Positions 24,621 through 37,920 of a stretch of DNA of 64,000 nt are shown one piece after another; positions within the stretch are counted from its first letter, which is position 1, and each line of letters opens with the position of its first letter. Below the pieces are notes generated by a model, which had not been told where the DNA came from, searched no databases, and saw only the letters and a list, made by a program, of their open reading frames with translations. The translations under genes were made by a program, and so were the position numbers. Source of the stretch: the human T2T-CHM13v2.0 reference genome, Homo sapiens; NCBI RefSeq assembly GCF_009914755.1, contig NC_060930.1; one strand, written 5' to 3'.

Positions 24621-25467
24621 CTTAAGAGAAGAGAGTAGTTATTACTCTTTAATATCTCAGGACTTTCCAAACCACCTGAGATAAACAGTGGAGTCTAGGT
24701 TGTGTGTGTGTAAGACAAAGACCCCTACCTCCATCTATGCTTGGATGGGACTGAAGAGAGCAAGAATAAGACTTGCCTTCTAACTGGCTCCCTATCAGAC
24801 TGGCACTGTGTTATCTCTGTTATACAAAGAAACCTGATTTCATTAACAAAAGCTGTAATAGTTTTTAAATGTCCAATACTATTTTTGTAAGGGCATCTAT
24901 TAGTCTGGAGTTTATAAATGAAAGCAAATTTTCTTTTAAATTCACTATTATGAAAGGAGATTTCATTCTTAGCCAAGCCTTTCTAAATGAGTGTAACTTT
25001 TAAGTGTATCTATAGCATTATTTTCTTCCTGTCCTCTTCTGCCTGTCCATCGTTTTCTGATGAATGGTCACATGTAAACCTATTGGCTCAGGGAAGCCTG
25101 ACTTCTAGGCCTTTGGGTGGCTGGTTACTGGCTTCAATGCAGAACAGGTCATTTGCAGAACAGGTAGAAAGTCCATTTATATGAAGAGCACTAATAAAAA
25201 TGATTATTTATTGAATAAATCTGGAAGCATGACAAGGAAGCTATGAGACTTACTTTGAAGATGAGGAAATGGAAATTTTAAGGAACCCAGGTTCACACAT
25301 TTAGTAAGAGGCTGAGGTGAAATTTGAGCCTCATTCTGTGTATTGTAAACCTTCTGTTTTTACCATCTGACTGGTGGACTGATTGTTGACATTTCTTCAG
25401 CACTTTCAACTTTTCCAAACAATGCCCCATCAATGATCTCATTAAGTGCTCAAAAAATGCTTTTGAG

Positions 25468-26472
25468 TGTAGGGACCAGCCCCACAGGGTCGGTGGGTCT
25501 CTCCCTGTGTGTGGCGATGAGACAGTGTAGAAATAAAGACACAAGACAAAGAGGTAAAAGAAAAGGCAGCTGGGCCCGGTGGACCACTACCACCAATGCG
25601 CGGAGACTGGTAGTGACCACGAATGTCTGGCTGCGCTGTTATTTATTGGATACAAGGCAGAAGGGGCAGGGTAAAGAATGTGAGTCATCTCCAATGATAG
25701 GTAAGGTCACGTGGGTCACGTGTCCACTGGACAGGGAGCCCTTCCCTGCCTGGCAGCCAAGGCAGAGAGGGAGAGGAGACAGAGAGAAAGACAGCTACGT
25801 CATTATTTCTGCATATCAGGGACTATTAGTACTTTCACTAATTTACTACTGCTATCTAGAAGGCAGAGCCAGGTGTACAGGATGGAACATGAAGGTGGAC
25901 TAGGAGTGTGACCACTGAAGCACAGCATCACAGGGAGATGATTAGGTCTCTGGATAACTGTGGGCAAGCCTGATTGATGTCAGGCCCTCCACAAGAGGTG
26001 GAGGAGCAGAGTCTTCTCTAAACTCTTCCGGGGAAAAGGAGACTCCCTTTCCCGGTCTTCTAAGTAGCGGGTGTTTTCCCTTGACACTTACGCTACCGCT
26101 AGACCATGGTCCACCTGGCAACGGTTGTCTTCCCAGACGCTGGCATCACCGCTAGACCAAGGAGCCCTCTGGTGGCCCTGTCCCCACATAACAGAAGGCT
26201 CACACTCTTGTCTTCTGGTCACACCTCACTATGTCCCCTCAGCTCCTATCTCTTTATGGCCTGGTTTTTCCTAGGCTATGATTATAGAGCGAGGATTATT
26301 ATAATATTGGAATAAAAAGTAATTGCTACAAACTAATGATTAATGATATTCATATATAATCATATCTAAGATCTATATCTGGTATAACTATTCTTGTTTT
26401 ATATTTTATTGTACTGGAACAGCTCGTGTCCTCTGTCTCTTGCCTCAGTGCCTGGGTGGCTTGCCGCCCACA
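25468..26472 (-). mobile_element. LTR13 solo LTR (HERV-K/HML group), 1005 bp
   Basis: Minus strand starts TGTGGGCGGCAAGCCACCCAGG; perfect 6-bp TSD tttgag (25462-25467 / 26473-26478). Confidence 0.92.
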
Positions 26473-28974
26473 TTTGAGGATCCATGAGTTGCACGAGGAA
26501 GGACAACCAGAAAATGTTTTCTACTATGTGAAGGGTTGAGTCAATGAGATTGCTCTGCTCAGAGCTGTGGCACCATGCTTGTGAAAAGCATTTTGTTGGA
26601 GAATCTCTCAGGACATCTGGGTACTGTTGTGCTGTTACCCTGTACCAAGAAAAGGAATGTCTGGCCATGGGCTAGCCTCTGACATAACCTCAAAACCTTT
26701 ACTGTCCACACTTGCAGAAGCCTGAAATATGTAGTTGATCTACAAGATGAGCACATTTTTCTGGGACCAAGTGCCTGTGTCACATTGATCATAAGCGTGT
26801 CTTTCTGCTTTTTTTAAAAAATAGTCTTTCTCATTGAGCAGAATTACACTTTGCAAACCTTGAAATCACAAATTAGACCACACATTGCAGTGGTTATTGA
26901 CATTTGTGGAATATTAATATTTTTGAGAGTGTAATTAACCTTATACTTTTTCCCTAGAAAATATGTAGTTATAAACATGTCAAATCTTCCTATATTTAGA
27001 AAGTGTTCTTAGAAAGTTCAGAACCTTGCAGCAAGGGATAGGACACTTGAATTTTAAATGTGTATCCTTTCTCCACTCACTCTCTCTTGTCCACCCCAAA
27101 ATATCCTAAAATAAAAATGTTTTACAAAGCAATGGTGTGGCAGGAGTTTCCTCTGTAGAATTTTGCTCACAACCTTTATTCTTTAATTTAAAGTTATTGA
27201 TTCTACGTAATTATTTCCTAGAGAAGTTAGTTGAACTAAAAAAAATCTATCAGCATTCTGAAAGGCTGTTTCTCATCTGAGGCTGAGACTGCATCCTTCT
27301 AGTGGTCATCTGCCACATGCAGTTGACACTGTAGTCTACCACAGAGTGGTCCATGAGCTCCCGGTGACATGGTGTCCAATTGCCCCAGAGAGGTTGGCAT
27401 CTTCAAGGCAGAAAGTGCTTATCTGTTTAAAATTCCATCATATGCATGGCACAAGGTTAATTAAACTTTAGTGGTGTGAAACTTTTAAAAGGTGACTCTC
27501 AGTCTTTCTCAAATTGTGAAATTTTCTTGCAAGTGTCAGATTAAAAAAAACTCTTAAGAGATGTGTATCTTTACAAAATAAATTGCTTTAAAATAACTTT
27601 CATTTTGAAAACCTCTGAGATTTTCAGAGCATCTGGGTAGGTAATTGGAGAGAGCTGATATATCATGAAATCTGTTTCAGGCTTTCAGGATCAGTAAGAG
27701 CACTGTTATATGTGGAAGTATAACTGAGCACCGTTATGCAGAAACCCGGTTAAGTCCTACATCTATCCTATTAGGCAAATGTGTCAATGAATTAGAAATG
27801 TGCATTAAGTTTGTAAACAGAGTTTTCAGTATTCCAGGGGCCATTAGAAACCGCTGACTGTTGAACACTGTGATTGAATAGGTTGTTGATTTCTCTTTTT
27901 TAAACAAGTGTCAAGATCATGTACTAACTCACCCAGAAATGCCATTTTAAAAATAATATCTTCTAAAGTCATGGTCTGAAATGTTCTTTACTGGAGTTTT
28001 CAAAAGTATGATTGATATTTTACTAAACGTAATCTAACTTGTGCCTTGAGTCAGAAACAGACATTTTGGGAAGCATATTTTTTTTCCAATTCTATCCTTT
28101 GTTTTATTTTGTTTGTTTTGTTTTTTCCCCCAGTGTATTGACCAGAATCTCAATCTATGCAATTTGGATAGTTGTCTATGAAGCTTCCTATAATGATTAT
28201 TTAGCATTTTGAAAATAAAAGATTTGTGGAGAATGACCACAACTGCAATAAGGACCAGAAGTTTAACATGTTTTTACTAAAGCATTTGCTTCAGCAGACT
28301 TTACATTTATCAATCACATGTTGGAGTTCTGATATTAACTTCCAGTTTATTCCCACTGAAAAAATCAGTGGAAATGCTCAACCAGGTTACCTCTACCATA
28401 GCCCAGGATGACTTTCTTTGCTGTATTGTCCAGACTTTGCCAACTTTCTTCTTTTACTCCATATCGTTCTTGTCATGGGTTTTCAGGCAGAAGTATTGCT
28501 TTCATAATTCATGCTCTTTCTACTATTTACTGATTTTTAAAATATAATCTGCAAATGTTTAAAGTTCACATTAGAATAATTCTAATGCATTGCATTGCTA
28601 ATGAGTGTTATTTTCTCCCATATTCTCCCATGTATAAAATACCTGCTACTAATTCTCTATGAACATAGGGATACCTTTTCTTGCTGCAGGTCCTCTAAAT
28701 GGGGGTTCTCTGTATCATGCTAGCTCCTGGCTGCAGCATCTCCATCCTCTCTCCATTTGTGGGCATGGAAAGGGAGTAGTGGGAAAAGAGACTGGGTTTC
28801 CCAAGGTATATTTTGCTGTTTATAAAAAGCTTTTCATATTAGGAACTTTAGCATTCTACTGATCCCAGATCTATCTTCTGAAATTATTACTAGTCTCAGT
28901 TCTCATTGAATCACACACATTACGTCTAACCCTTTTTATAGCATTAGAGCCTTTTTTAAAGCTTTTTAGCAATA

Positions 28975-31900
28975 ATTATTTATTTTAATTTTATTTATTT
29001 TATATTTTGCCATAAGTTATTGAAATACAGGTGGTATTTGGTTACATGAGTAAGTTCTTTAGTTGTGATGTGAGATTTTGGTGCACCCACCACTCGAGCA
29101 TTATACACTGCCCCATATTTGTAGTCTTTTATCCCTTACCTCCTGCCCACCCTTTCCCCCAAGCCCCAAGGTCCATTGTATCATTCTTATGCCTTTGCAT
29201 CCCCATAGCTTAGCTCCCACATATCAGTGAGAACGTACAATGTTTGGTTTTCCATTCCTGAGTTACGTTACTGAGAATAATAGTCTCTAATCTCATCCAG
29301 GTCACTGCAAATGCAGTTAATTTATTCCTTTTCATGGCTCAGTAGTATTCCATTGTATAAATATACCACAGTTTCTTATCCACTCATTGATTTATAGGCA
29401 TTTGGGTTGGTTCCATGATTTTGCAATGGCTAATTGTGCTGCTATAAACATGCGTGTGCAAGTATCTTTTCTCATATAATGATTTCTTTTTGTCTGGGTA
29501 GATACCCAGTAGTAGGATTGCTTGATCAAATGGTAGTTCTACCTGTAGTTCTTTAAGGAATCTCCACAATGTTTTCCATAAAGATTGTACTAGTTTACAT
29601 TTCCACCAGCAGCACAGAGGTGTTCCCTCTTCACCGCATCCATGCCAACATCTACCGTTTTTTAATTTTTTGATTATGGTCATTCTTGAAGGAGTAAGGT
29701 GATATCGCATTGTGGTTTTGATGTCTGTTTCCCTGATAATTAGTGAAGTTGAGCTTTTTTCATATGTTTGTTGGCCATTTGTATATTTTTGGTTGAGAAT
29801 TGTCTATTCATGTCTTTAGCCCACTTTTTGATGTGTGTTTTTTTTTCTTTTTTTAACTGATTTGTTTGAGTTTGATATAGGTTCTGGATATTAGTCCTTT
29901 GTCAGATGTATAGATTGTGAAGATTTTCTCCCACTCTGTGGGTTGTCTGTTTACTCTGCTGATGGTTCCCTTTGCTATGCAAAAGCTCTTTTAATTAGGT
30001 CCCAGTTATTTATCTTTGTTTTCATTGCATTTGCTTTTGGGTTTTTGGTAATGAAATCCTTGCCTAAGCCAATGTCTAGAAGTTTTTCTAATGTTATCTT
30101 CTAGAATTTTTATAGTTTTAGGTCTTAGATTTAAGTCCTTAATCCATCTTGAGTTGATTTTTGTATAAGGTGAGAGATGAGGATCCAGTTTCATTCTCCT
30201 ACATGTGGCTAGCCAATTATCCCAGCACCATTTGTGGAAAAGGGTGTCCTTTCCCCATTTTATGTTTCTGTTTGCTTGGTCAAAGATCAGTTGGCTGTAA
30301 GTATTTGGGTTTATTTCTGGGTTCTCTATTCTATTCCATTGATCAATGTGCCTGTTTCTATACCAGTACCGTGCTGTTTTGGTGACTATGTCCTTATAGG
30401 ATAGTTTGAAATCAGGTAATGTAATGCCTCCAGATTTGTTACTCTTTTTGCTTAGTCTTACTTTGGCTATGTGGGCTCTTTTTTGGTTCCATCTGAATTT
30501 TGGAATTGTTTTTTTCTAATTCTGTGAAGAATGATGGTGGAATTTTGATGGGGATTGCATTGAATTTGTATATTGCTTTTGGCAGTATGGTCATTTCACA
30601 ATATTTATTGTATGCATCCATGAGACTGGGATGTGTTTCCATTTGTTTGTGTCATCTGTGCTTTCTTTCACAGTGTTTTGTAGTTTTCCTTGTAGAGGTC
30701 TTTTGCCTCCTTGGTTAGGCATATTACTAAATAGTTTATTTTTCTTGCAGCTATTGTAAAAGGGGTTGAGTTCGTGATTTGATTCTCCACTTGGTTGCTG
30801 CTGGTGTATAGAAGAGCTACTGATTTGTATACATTAATCTTGTATCTGGAAACTTTGCCAAATTCTTTAATCAATTCTAGGAGCTTTCTGGAAATCTTTA
30901 GGGTTTTCAAGGTAAGCGATCATATCATCAGCAAACAGTGACAGTTTGAGTTCCTCTTTACTGATTTGGTTGCCTTTTATTTCTTTCTCGCATCTGATTG
31001 CTCTGGCTAGGACTTCCAGTACTATGTTGAAGGGGAGCGGTGAGAGTGGGCATCCTTGTCTTGTTTCAGTTCTCAGAGGGAGTGCTTTCAACTTTTTCCC
31101 ATTCAGTATTATGTTGGCTGTGAGTTTTTCGTAGATGGCTTTTATTACATTGAGGGATGTTTCTTGTATGCCAATTTTGCTGAGAGTTTTAATCTTAAAG
31201 GAATGCTGGATTTTGTTCAATGCTTTTCCTGCACCTATAGAGATTATCACATGATTTTTGTTTTTAATTCTGTTTATGTAGTGTGTCACATTTATTAATT
31301 TGCATATGTTAAATCAGCCCTGCATTCCTGGTATGAAACCTACTTGATCATGGTAGATTACCTTTTTGATATGTCGTTAGATTTGGTTTGCTAGTATTTT
31401 GTTTAGGATTTTAGTATCTATGTTCATCAAGGATATAGGTCTGTAATTTTCTTTTTTGGTTATGTCCTTTCCTGGTTTGGGTATTAGGGTGGTAATGGCA
31501 TCATAGAATGAATTAGGGAGGGTGCCTTCTTTCTCTATCTTATGGAATAGTGTCAAAAGGATTGGTATTAATTCTTCTTTGAATGTCTGGTAGAATTCTG
31601 CTGTGAATCTGTCTGGCCCTGGAGTTTTTTTGTTGGTGATTTTTTATTACCGTTTCAATCTCACTGCTTCTTATTGGTCTGTTAAGGGCATCTAATTGTT
31701 CCTGATTTAAGCTAAGAGGGTTGTAGTTTTCAAGGAATTTATCCATCTCTTCCAGGCTGTTTAGTTTATGTGGGTAAAGGTGTTTGTAGTAGCCTTGAAT
31801 GATCTTTTCTATTTCAGTGGTGTCAGTTGTAATATCTCCTGTTTCATTTCTTAAGTTATTTGGAATTTTTGTCTTCTTTTCTTGGTTCATCTTGCCAATG

Positions 31901-34900
31901 CTCTATCAATTTTATGTATCTTTTTAAATAAACAGCTTTTTGTTTCATTTATCTTTTGTGTTTTTGTTGTTGTTGTTATTGTTTCAATTTCATTTAGTTC
32001 TGCTCTGATCTTGGTTATTTCCTTTCTTCTGTTGGGTTTAGGTTTGATTTGTTTTTCTTTCTCTAGTTCTTTGAGATGTGACCTTAGAATGTTAGTTTGT
32101 GCTCTTTCAGTCTCTTTGATGTAGGCGTTTAGGGCTATGAACTTTCCTCTTAGCAATGTCATTGCCGTATCCCAGAGGTTTTGATGGGTTGTCTATTGTC
32201 ATTCAGTTTGAAGAAGTTTTTAATTTCCATCTTGATTTTGTTTTTGACCCAGTGCTCATTCAGGAGCAGATTATTTAATTTCCTAATATTTGCATGGTTT
32301 TGAAGCTTCCTTTTGGAGTTGATTTTGTTTTATTCCACTGTGGTCTGAGATAGTGCTTGATATAATTTCAATTTTCTTAAATGTATTAAGGCTTGTTTTA
32401 TAGCCTATCATATGGTCTATTTTGGAGAAAGTTCCATGCACTGTTGAATAGAATGTGTATTCTATGGTTGTTGGATGAAATCTTCTTTATATATCTATAT
32501 ATCTGTTAAGTCCATTTGTTCCAATGTATAGTTTAAATCCATTGTTTCTTTCTTGACTTTCTGTCTTGACGACCTGTGTAGTGCTGTCAGTGGAGTACTG
32601 AAGTCCCACACTATTATTGTGTTGCTGTCTGTCTCATGTCTTAGGTCTATTAGTAATTGTTTTATAAATTTGGAAGCTCCAGTGTTAGGTGGATATATGT
32701 TTAGGATTGTGATATTTTCCTGTTGGACAAGGCCTTTTACCATTATAAAATGTCCCCTTTGTCTCTTTTAACTGCTGTTGCTTTAAAGTTTGTTTTGTCT
32801 GGTATAAGAATAGCTATCCCTGATCAATTTTGGTGTCCATTTGCATGAGATGCCTTTTTCCATCCCTCTACTTTAAGTTTATGTGAGTCCTTATGTGTTA
32901 GGTGAGTCTTCTGAAGGCAGCAGATAGTTGTTTGGTGAGTTTTTATCCATTCTGCAGTTCTGTGTCTTTTAAGTGGAACATTTAGGCCATTTACATTCAT
33001 TATTTGTATTAAAATGTGAGGTACCCTTGCATTCATCATGCTATTTGTTGCCTATGAACTTTGTTTTTTGTTTTTGCTTTTAAGTTGCATTTTTGTTTTA
33101 TAGGTTCTGCATGATTTATGCTTTAAAGAGGTACTGTTTTGATGTGTTTCGAGGACTTGTTTCAAGATTTAGAACTCCTTCTTAGCAGTTCTTGTAGTGA
33201 TGGCTTGGTAATGGTGAATTTTCTCAGCATTTGTTTGTCTGAAAATACTGTATCTTTCCCTCATATAAGATGCTTAGTTTTGCTGGATACAAAATTCTTG
33301 GCTGATAATTGTTTTGTCTGAGGAGGCTGAAGATAGGGCACTAATCCATTCTAGCCTGTAGGGTTTCTGCTGAGAAATCTGCTGTTAATCTGCTAGGTTT
33401 CCCTTTATATGTTACCTGGTACCTCTGTCTCACAGCTCTTTATATTCTTTCCTTTGTCTTAACTTTAGATAACCTGATGACAAAGTGCTTAGGTAATGAT
33501 CTTTTGCAATGAATTTCCCAGGTTTTCTTTATGCTTCTTGTATTTGGATTTCTAGGTGTCTAGCAAGGGTGGAGAAGTTTTCCTTGATTATTCCCCCAAA
33601 TATGTTTTCCAAATTTTAGTTTTCTCTTCTTCCTCAGGAACATGGATTATACTTATGTTTGGTCATTTAACATAATCCCAGACTTCTTGTAGCCTTTGCT
33701 CATATTTTCTTATTTTTTTTCTTTGTCTTTGTTGGATTGGTTTAATTCAAAGACCTTGTCTTCAAGCTCTGAATTTCTTTCTTCTACTTGTTAAATTCTA
33801 TAGCTGAGACTTTCCAGAACATTTTGCATTTCTCTAAGTGTTTGCAATGTTTCCTGAGGTTTTGATTGTTTTTCCTTTATGCTGTCTATTTCCTTGAATA
33901 TTTCTTTTTTCACCTCGTATCATTTTTTGGATTCCCTTGCATTGGGCTTTGCATTTCTCTGGTGTCTCCCTGATTGGCTTAATAACTAAGTTCCTGAATT
34001 CTTTTTCAGGTAAACCAGGGATTTCTTCTTGGTTTGGATCCATTGCTGGTTATACTAGTGTGATTTTCTGGGGGTGTTGAAGAGCCTTGTTTTGTGATTT
34101 TACCAGAGTTGGGTTTCTGGTTCCTTCTTATTTGGATAGACTCTGTCAGAGGGAAGGTCTAGGGCTGAAGGCTGTTGTTCAGATTCTTTTGTCCCACAGG
34201 GTGTTCCCTTGATGTAGTACTCTCCCCGCTTTCCTATGGACGTGGCTTCCTGTGAGCCAAACTGCAGTGATTGTTGTCTTTTTTCTGGGTCTAGCCACCC
34301 AGTGAGTCTACCTGGCTCTGGGCTGGTACTGGGGGTTGTCTGCACAGAGTCCTGTGAAGTGAACCATCTATCGGTCGTTCAGCTGTGGATACAGAGCCTT
34401 TCTGGTGGAGATGACAGGAGGGTGAAATGGACTCTGTGAGGTTTCTTAGCTTTGGTGGTTTAATGCTCTATTTTGTGCTGGTTGGCCTCCTGCCAGGAGG
34501 TGGCATTTTACAGCGAGCATCAGCTGTGGTATTGTGGAGAGGGTTCGGCAGTGGGCAGGGCCCTATGACTCCGAAAATTATGTGCCCTTTGTCTTCTGCT
34601 ACCAGGGTGGTTAGGGATGGTCCATCAAGTTGGGGAAAGGCTAGTGGTGTCTGAGCTCAGACTCTCCTTGGGTAGATCTTGATGCTGGTGCTGTGGGAGA
34701 TGGGGTTGAGTTTCTCAAGTCAATGGAGTTGTGTACCTAGGAGGATTATGGCTGCCCCTGCTGAGTCATGCAAGTTGTCAGGGAAGTGGAGGAAAGCCGG
34801 CAGTCACAGGCCTCACCTGGCTCCCACGGAAACCAAAAAGCCGGTCTCACTCTCATTGTGCCCCCACTAACAGCCCTGAGTTTGTTTCCAGATGGTAGGT

Positions 34901-35548
34901 GAGCTGGGCTTGAGAACTTTCTCCAGGCTACCCACATCCCAGCTGTGAATGAAAAGGGTTTGGTTCTTCCTCTGCCTGTGGAGTCTGCACACCAGATTCA
35001 TGCCCTCCCCCGAGTTTTGGCCAGGAGTGTTCTTGCCTGGTTCAAGTTGTTACGAAGTTCAGCTGGAGATTTCCTTCTTCCTGTGTTTTTTTTCCCCGCT
35101 TCTCTGGCTCCCCTCCCAATGGGACCCCATGGTGCCAGGCAGGAATGGCCTACTTGGGGACCCAGCAACCTCCCGGATCCTTTCTCGCTGCTTCCTATAC
35201 CCCTGTATTTTGCTCGGCTGTCTAAACTGACTCAGCTCCAGGTAAGGTTGGAAACTTCTCCCGCAAACAGACCTTCAGTTTCTTTAGAGGGGGTATGTGT
35301 TTGGGATACGAGGATCTCCCTTTCCCACTTCTGCAAATGGGGCACTCACAGTATTTAGGGTGTCTCCCAGGTCCCTGAAGGAGCAGTCTGCTTCCTTCAG
35401 AGGGCCTATGGGTTCTCTTGGAATTGCTGGTTTGTTCTTGCAGTGGTTCTGGAGCGAAAATTTACAATGCGAGCCTCCACATGCTGCTCTGTCCTTCCCA
35501 GTCAGAGCTGCAATCTAGTCCTGCTTCCCATCCACCATAATAATCCCC
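28975..35548 (-). mobile_element. Near full-length L1PB (L1PB1/L1PBa-type 5'UTR), decayed
   Basis: 5' end GGCAGGACTAGATTGCAGCTC-like; ORF1 start MDPNQEEIPGLPEKEFR (34043); ORF2 start MMNARVPHI..NVNGLN (33039); RT motif LFADDMI; L1PB1-type 3'UTR and tail. Confidence 0.93.
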
Positions 35549-37109
35549 TATAGCCTATTGATGCAAATAATGAATGTGAAACATGAAGATTAAAAATTTA
35601 ATTTGTAGTGATTGTAAAAACAACATGCCTATTGTTTAGTATTTGGAAGATAGAGATATATAAATGATAAACTAAAAATAATCTATTATTTTACTACCCC
35701 TAAATATTCATTTTCATTTGGTATGTTTTTCTCCTTCTATGTGTGTTTATTCTAATAGTTTTAAAATATTGTATGTAAAGTTTTAAATCATATTTTGTAA
35801 ATAAGAAGTGAGTTTACAAATTCAGTCTCTTTACTGAAAAAATCTGATAATACACCTATTCCACACCTTACTAATGCTAGTGATTAGTACTTACATTAGT
35901 TTGGTAAAATTTTATGATGATGCTCAATATCATAGCCTTTCTATAAAATACATAGTGGGGAATTTGAAAAATGGTTTTGTTATAGAGCTGTACTAAATGT
36001 TAGTCTGCTTCAGAATAAAGCCTTTTGTTCTGCTCTTCCTGAGGCAGGCTTGAAATTTTTGACATTCATTCTTTATGCTTAGATGGAGTGGCAAGCAGTA
36101 AGAAGTGATTATTTCCAAACGTAGCAAAGGAAATTTCCATTTATTTATTTTATTCTCTCACAATAACATAGCTCTGACAAATTCCAGGACCTTGCTCCCT
36201 GGCCAGGGTATGACTAGGCAGGCAGGTTCTGGATTAATTATAGTTTAGGTAGTTAGCAGGCAGTCATGGCCAATGCTTTGGGTGAAATCTGTTGTATCTT
36301 AACCAGCATCTTTCTATGTTGTGTAAATGAGGTAAAGAGTCATTCTCTCTTTTTCTGTACTCCTTTACAAATGTTTTAATCAATACATGGCCCCCTACAA
36401 CCTGTAGTTTGAACCAAAATAAAATTTTCTGGGATGCCTATGCAACCTTTAGGCCTATCCTAATTATGCATAGCTATTGCAAAGATACAGAGATTTGAGA
36501 GCCCCACCATTAATTGAGAGTACGACTTCTCAGAGAGTGAAGTTAGTTGAGCTTCACGTCAACTTTTCAGTGCAACTGTAGCCTCAATCTTATAGTTATA
36601 CAGACCCTGAGCATTAAGGAATTGGCTCACTTAGCTTCCCAAAAGATGCTAGACAAAAAGACTCACAGTAGATTTGCAGTCATCTGGAGCAACTGTAATT
36701 GATGTTGTTCAGATTATGGTTAGAGAACAGTGTTCAGTTGTGATTTCAACACTTGAAAAATGACATGAAATAGGTCCAGAGAAGAAAAGTCTGACATATT
36801 CTGGCATTTTAAATTGCTACTTTTACTATTTTAGTTTTTAAAACAGTCCCACTCAAAGCAAATAATTAGCAAAAAATGCAAATTTTTGGTTTGACAGATT
36901 GTAGTTTGAATATAGGCAATGCCTCCTTTAGCTCTGTGAATTTAATTTAATTTTAAAAAGCTAATATAAACTATATAAAAATATTTATAACTAACATATG
37001 TGAATGACATAAAATAGTATGATAAAATGAACACTGTTAGTTGATTTGCCACACAAGGGTTGTTCAGATTATCTGTCTGCTATATTATCAGAAATGGAAG
37101 TTGGGTTCT

Positions 37110-37235
37110 TAAATGTTTTTCTGAGTCCTTTTTTGTCTTATCTGTAAAGTAGGGAGAATGATCCCTGATTCACAGGATGGCTGTGAAGATTAGATAAAGC
37201 AGATTGTATAAAAACAGCAAGTAGGGCACCTGCTA
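37110..37235 (+). mobile_element. MIR
   Basis: atctgtaaagtaggg..cacaggatggctgtgaagattag core. Confidence 0.65.
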
Positions 37236-37379
37236 AGGAGTGGTCCTCCCCACTGCCTGCACCCTCATGGCACATTTGCTCCTCAGGCTATTACACCCTT
37301 GCCTCTGCCAAGCCGATCCCTAGAAACCAGGTTCATCAAGAACAGAGAGTGAGCTTCTTGGTTACCAACACTGATTTCA

Positions 37380-37920
37380 GAAAGCCTTTGTTTCTTTTCT
37401 CCAATCCCTCCTTCTTGAAGATCCCTTCACCATTGTTGGTTCAGTGCTACTCGCTCTATTTTCCTCTTACTGTTCTGACTAGTCCTGTTCATTCTCCTTC
37501 TAAAGCTCCTCTTTCATTGCTCATCCTTTAAATGCCAGTGGCCCCCAGGCTTATGTCCTTAGTCTCCTTTTTTATTTTCTTTACACAGTCTCTCTGGGTG
37601 ATTTATTCATTCCATGTGTAAACAATGACTGTACTTAAGGCTGGTAATGTATATCTCCTTTGCCTGGCAGAAGTTTCTCCTGTTCTTCAAATTTACCAAT
37701 CAATTTCCTGGTGTTTTACACTCAAATGACCCACAACATCTCCAAAAGAAAAGTCATCAAGCATGTATTTCATGTACATTGATGGGGTGCCTCCAATAGG
37801 CCAGGCCATGCCTATTTCTTCAATCTCATCTCTAGTCTACTCCTCAGCTGATGCCCTCCCCTACAGTTATATGGCACTATGGAGTCCCCCAAATTCATTA
37901 TGCTCCTTGTGTTTCTGTGC
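37380..37920 (+). mobile_element. L2 fragments
   Basis: Pyrimidine-rich L2 ORF-end motifs (cctttaaatg..ccccaggct..gtccttagtctcct; ctctctgggtgatttattcattcc). Confidence 0.55.

Noticed and set aside
25433-26315. ORFs of 66-156 aa as novel genes
   Set aside because: They lie in LTR13, antisense to it, with no recognisable domain.
28940-35560. TSD for the full-length L1PB
   Set aside because: Only a degenerate candidate (tagagcctttt / tatagcctatt); not reliable.
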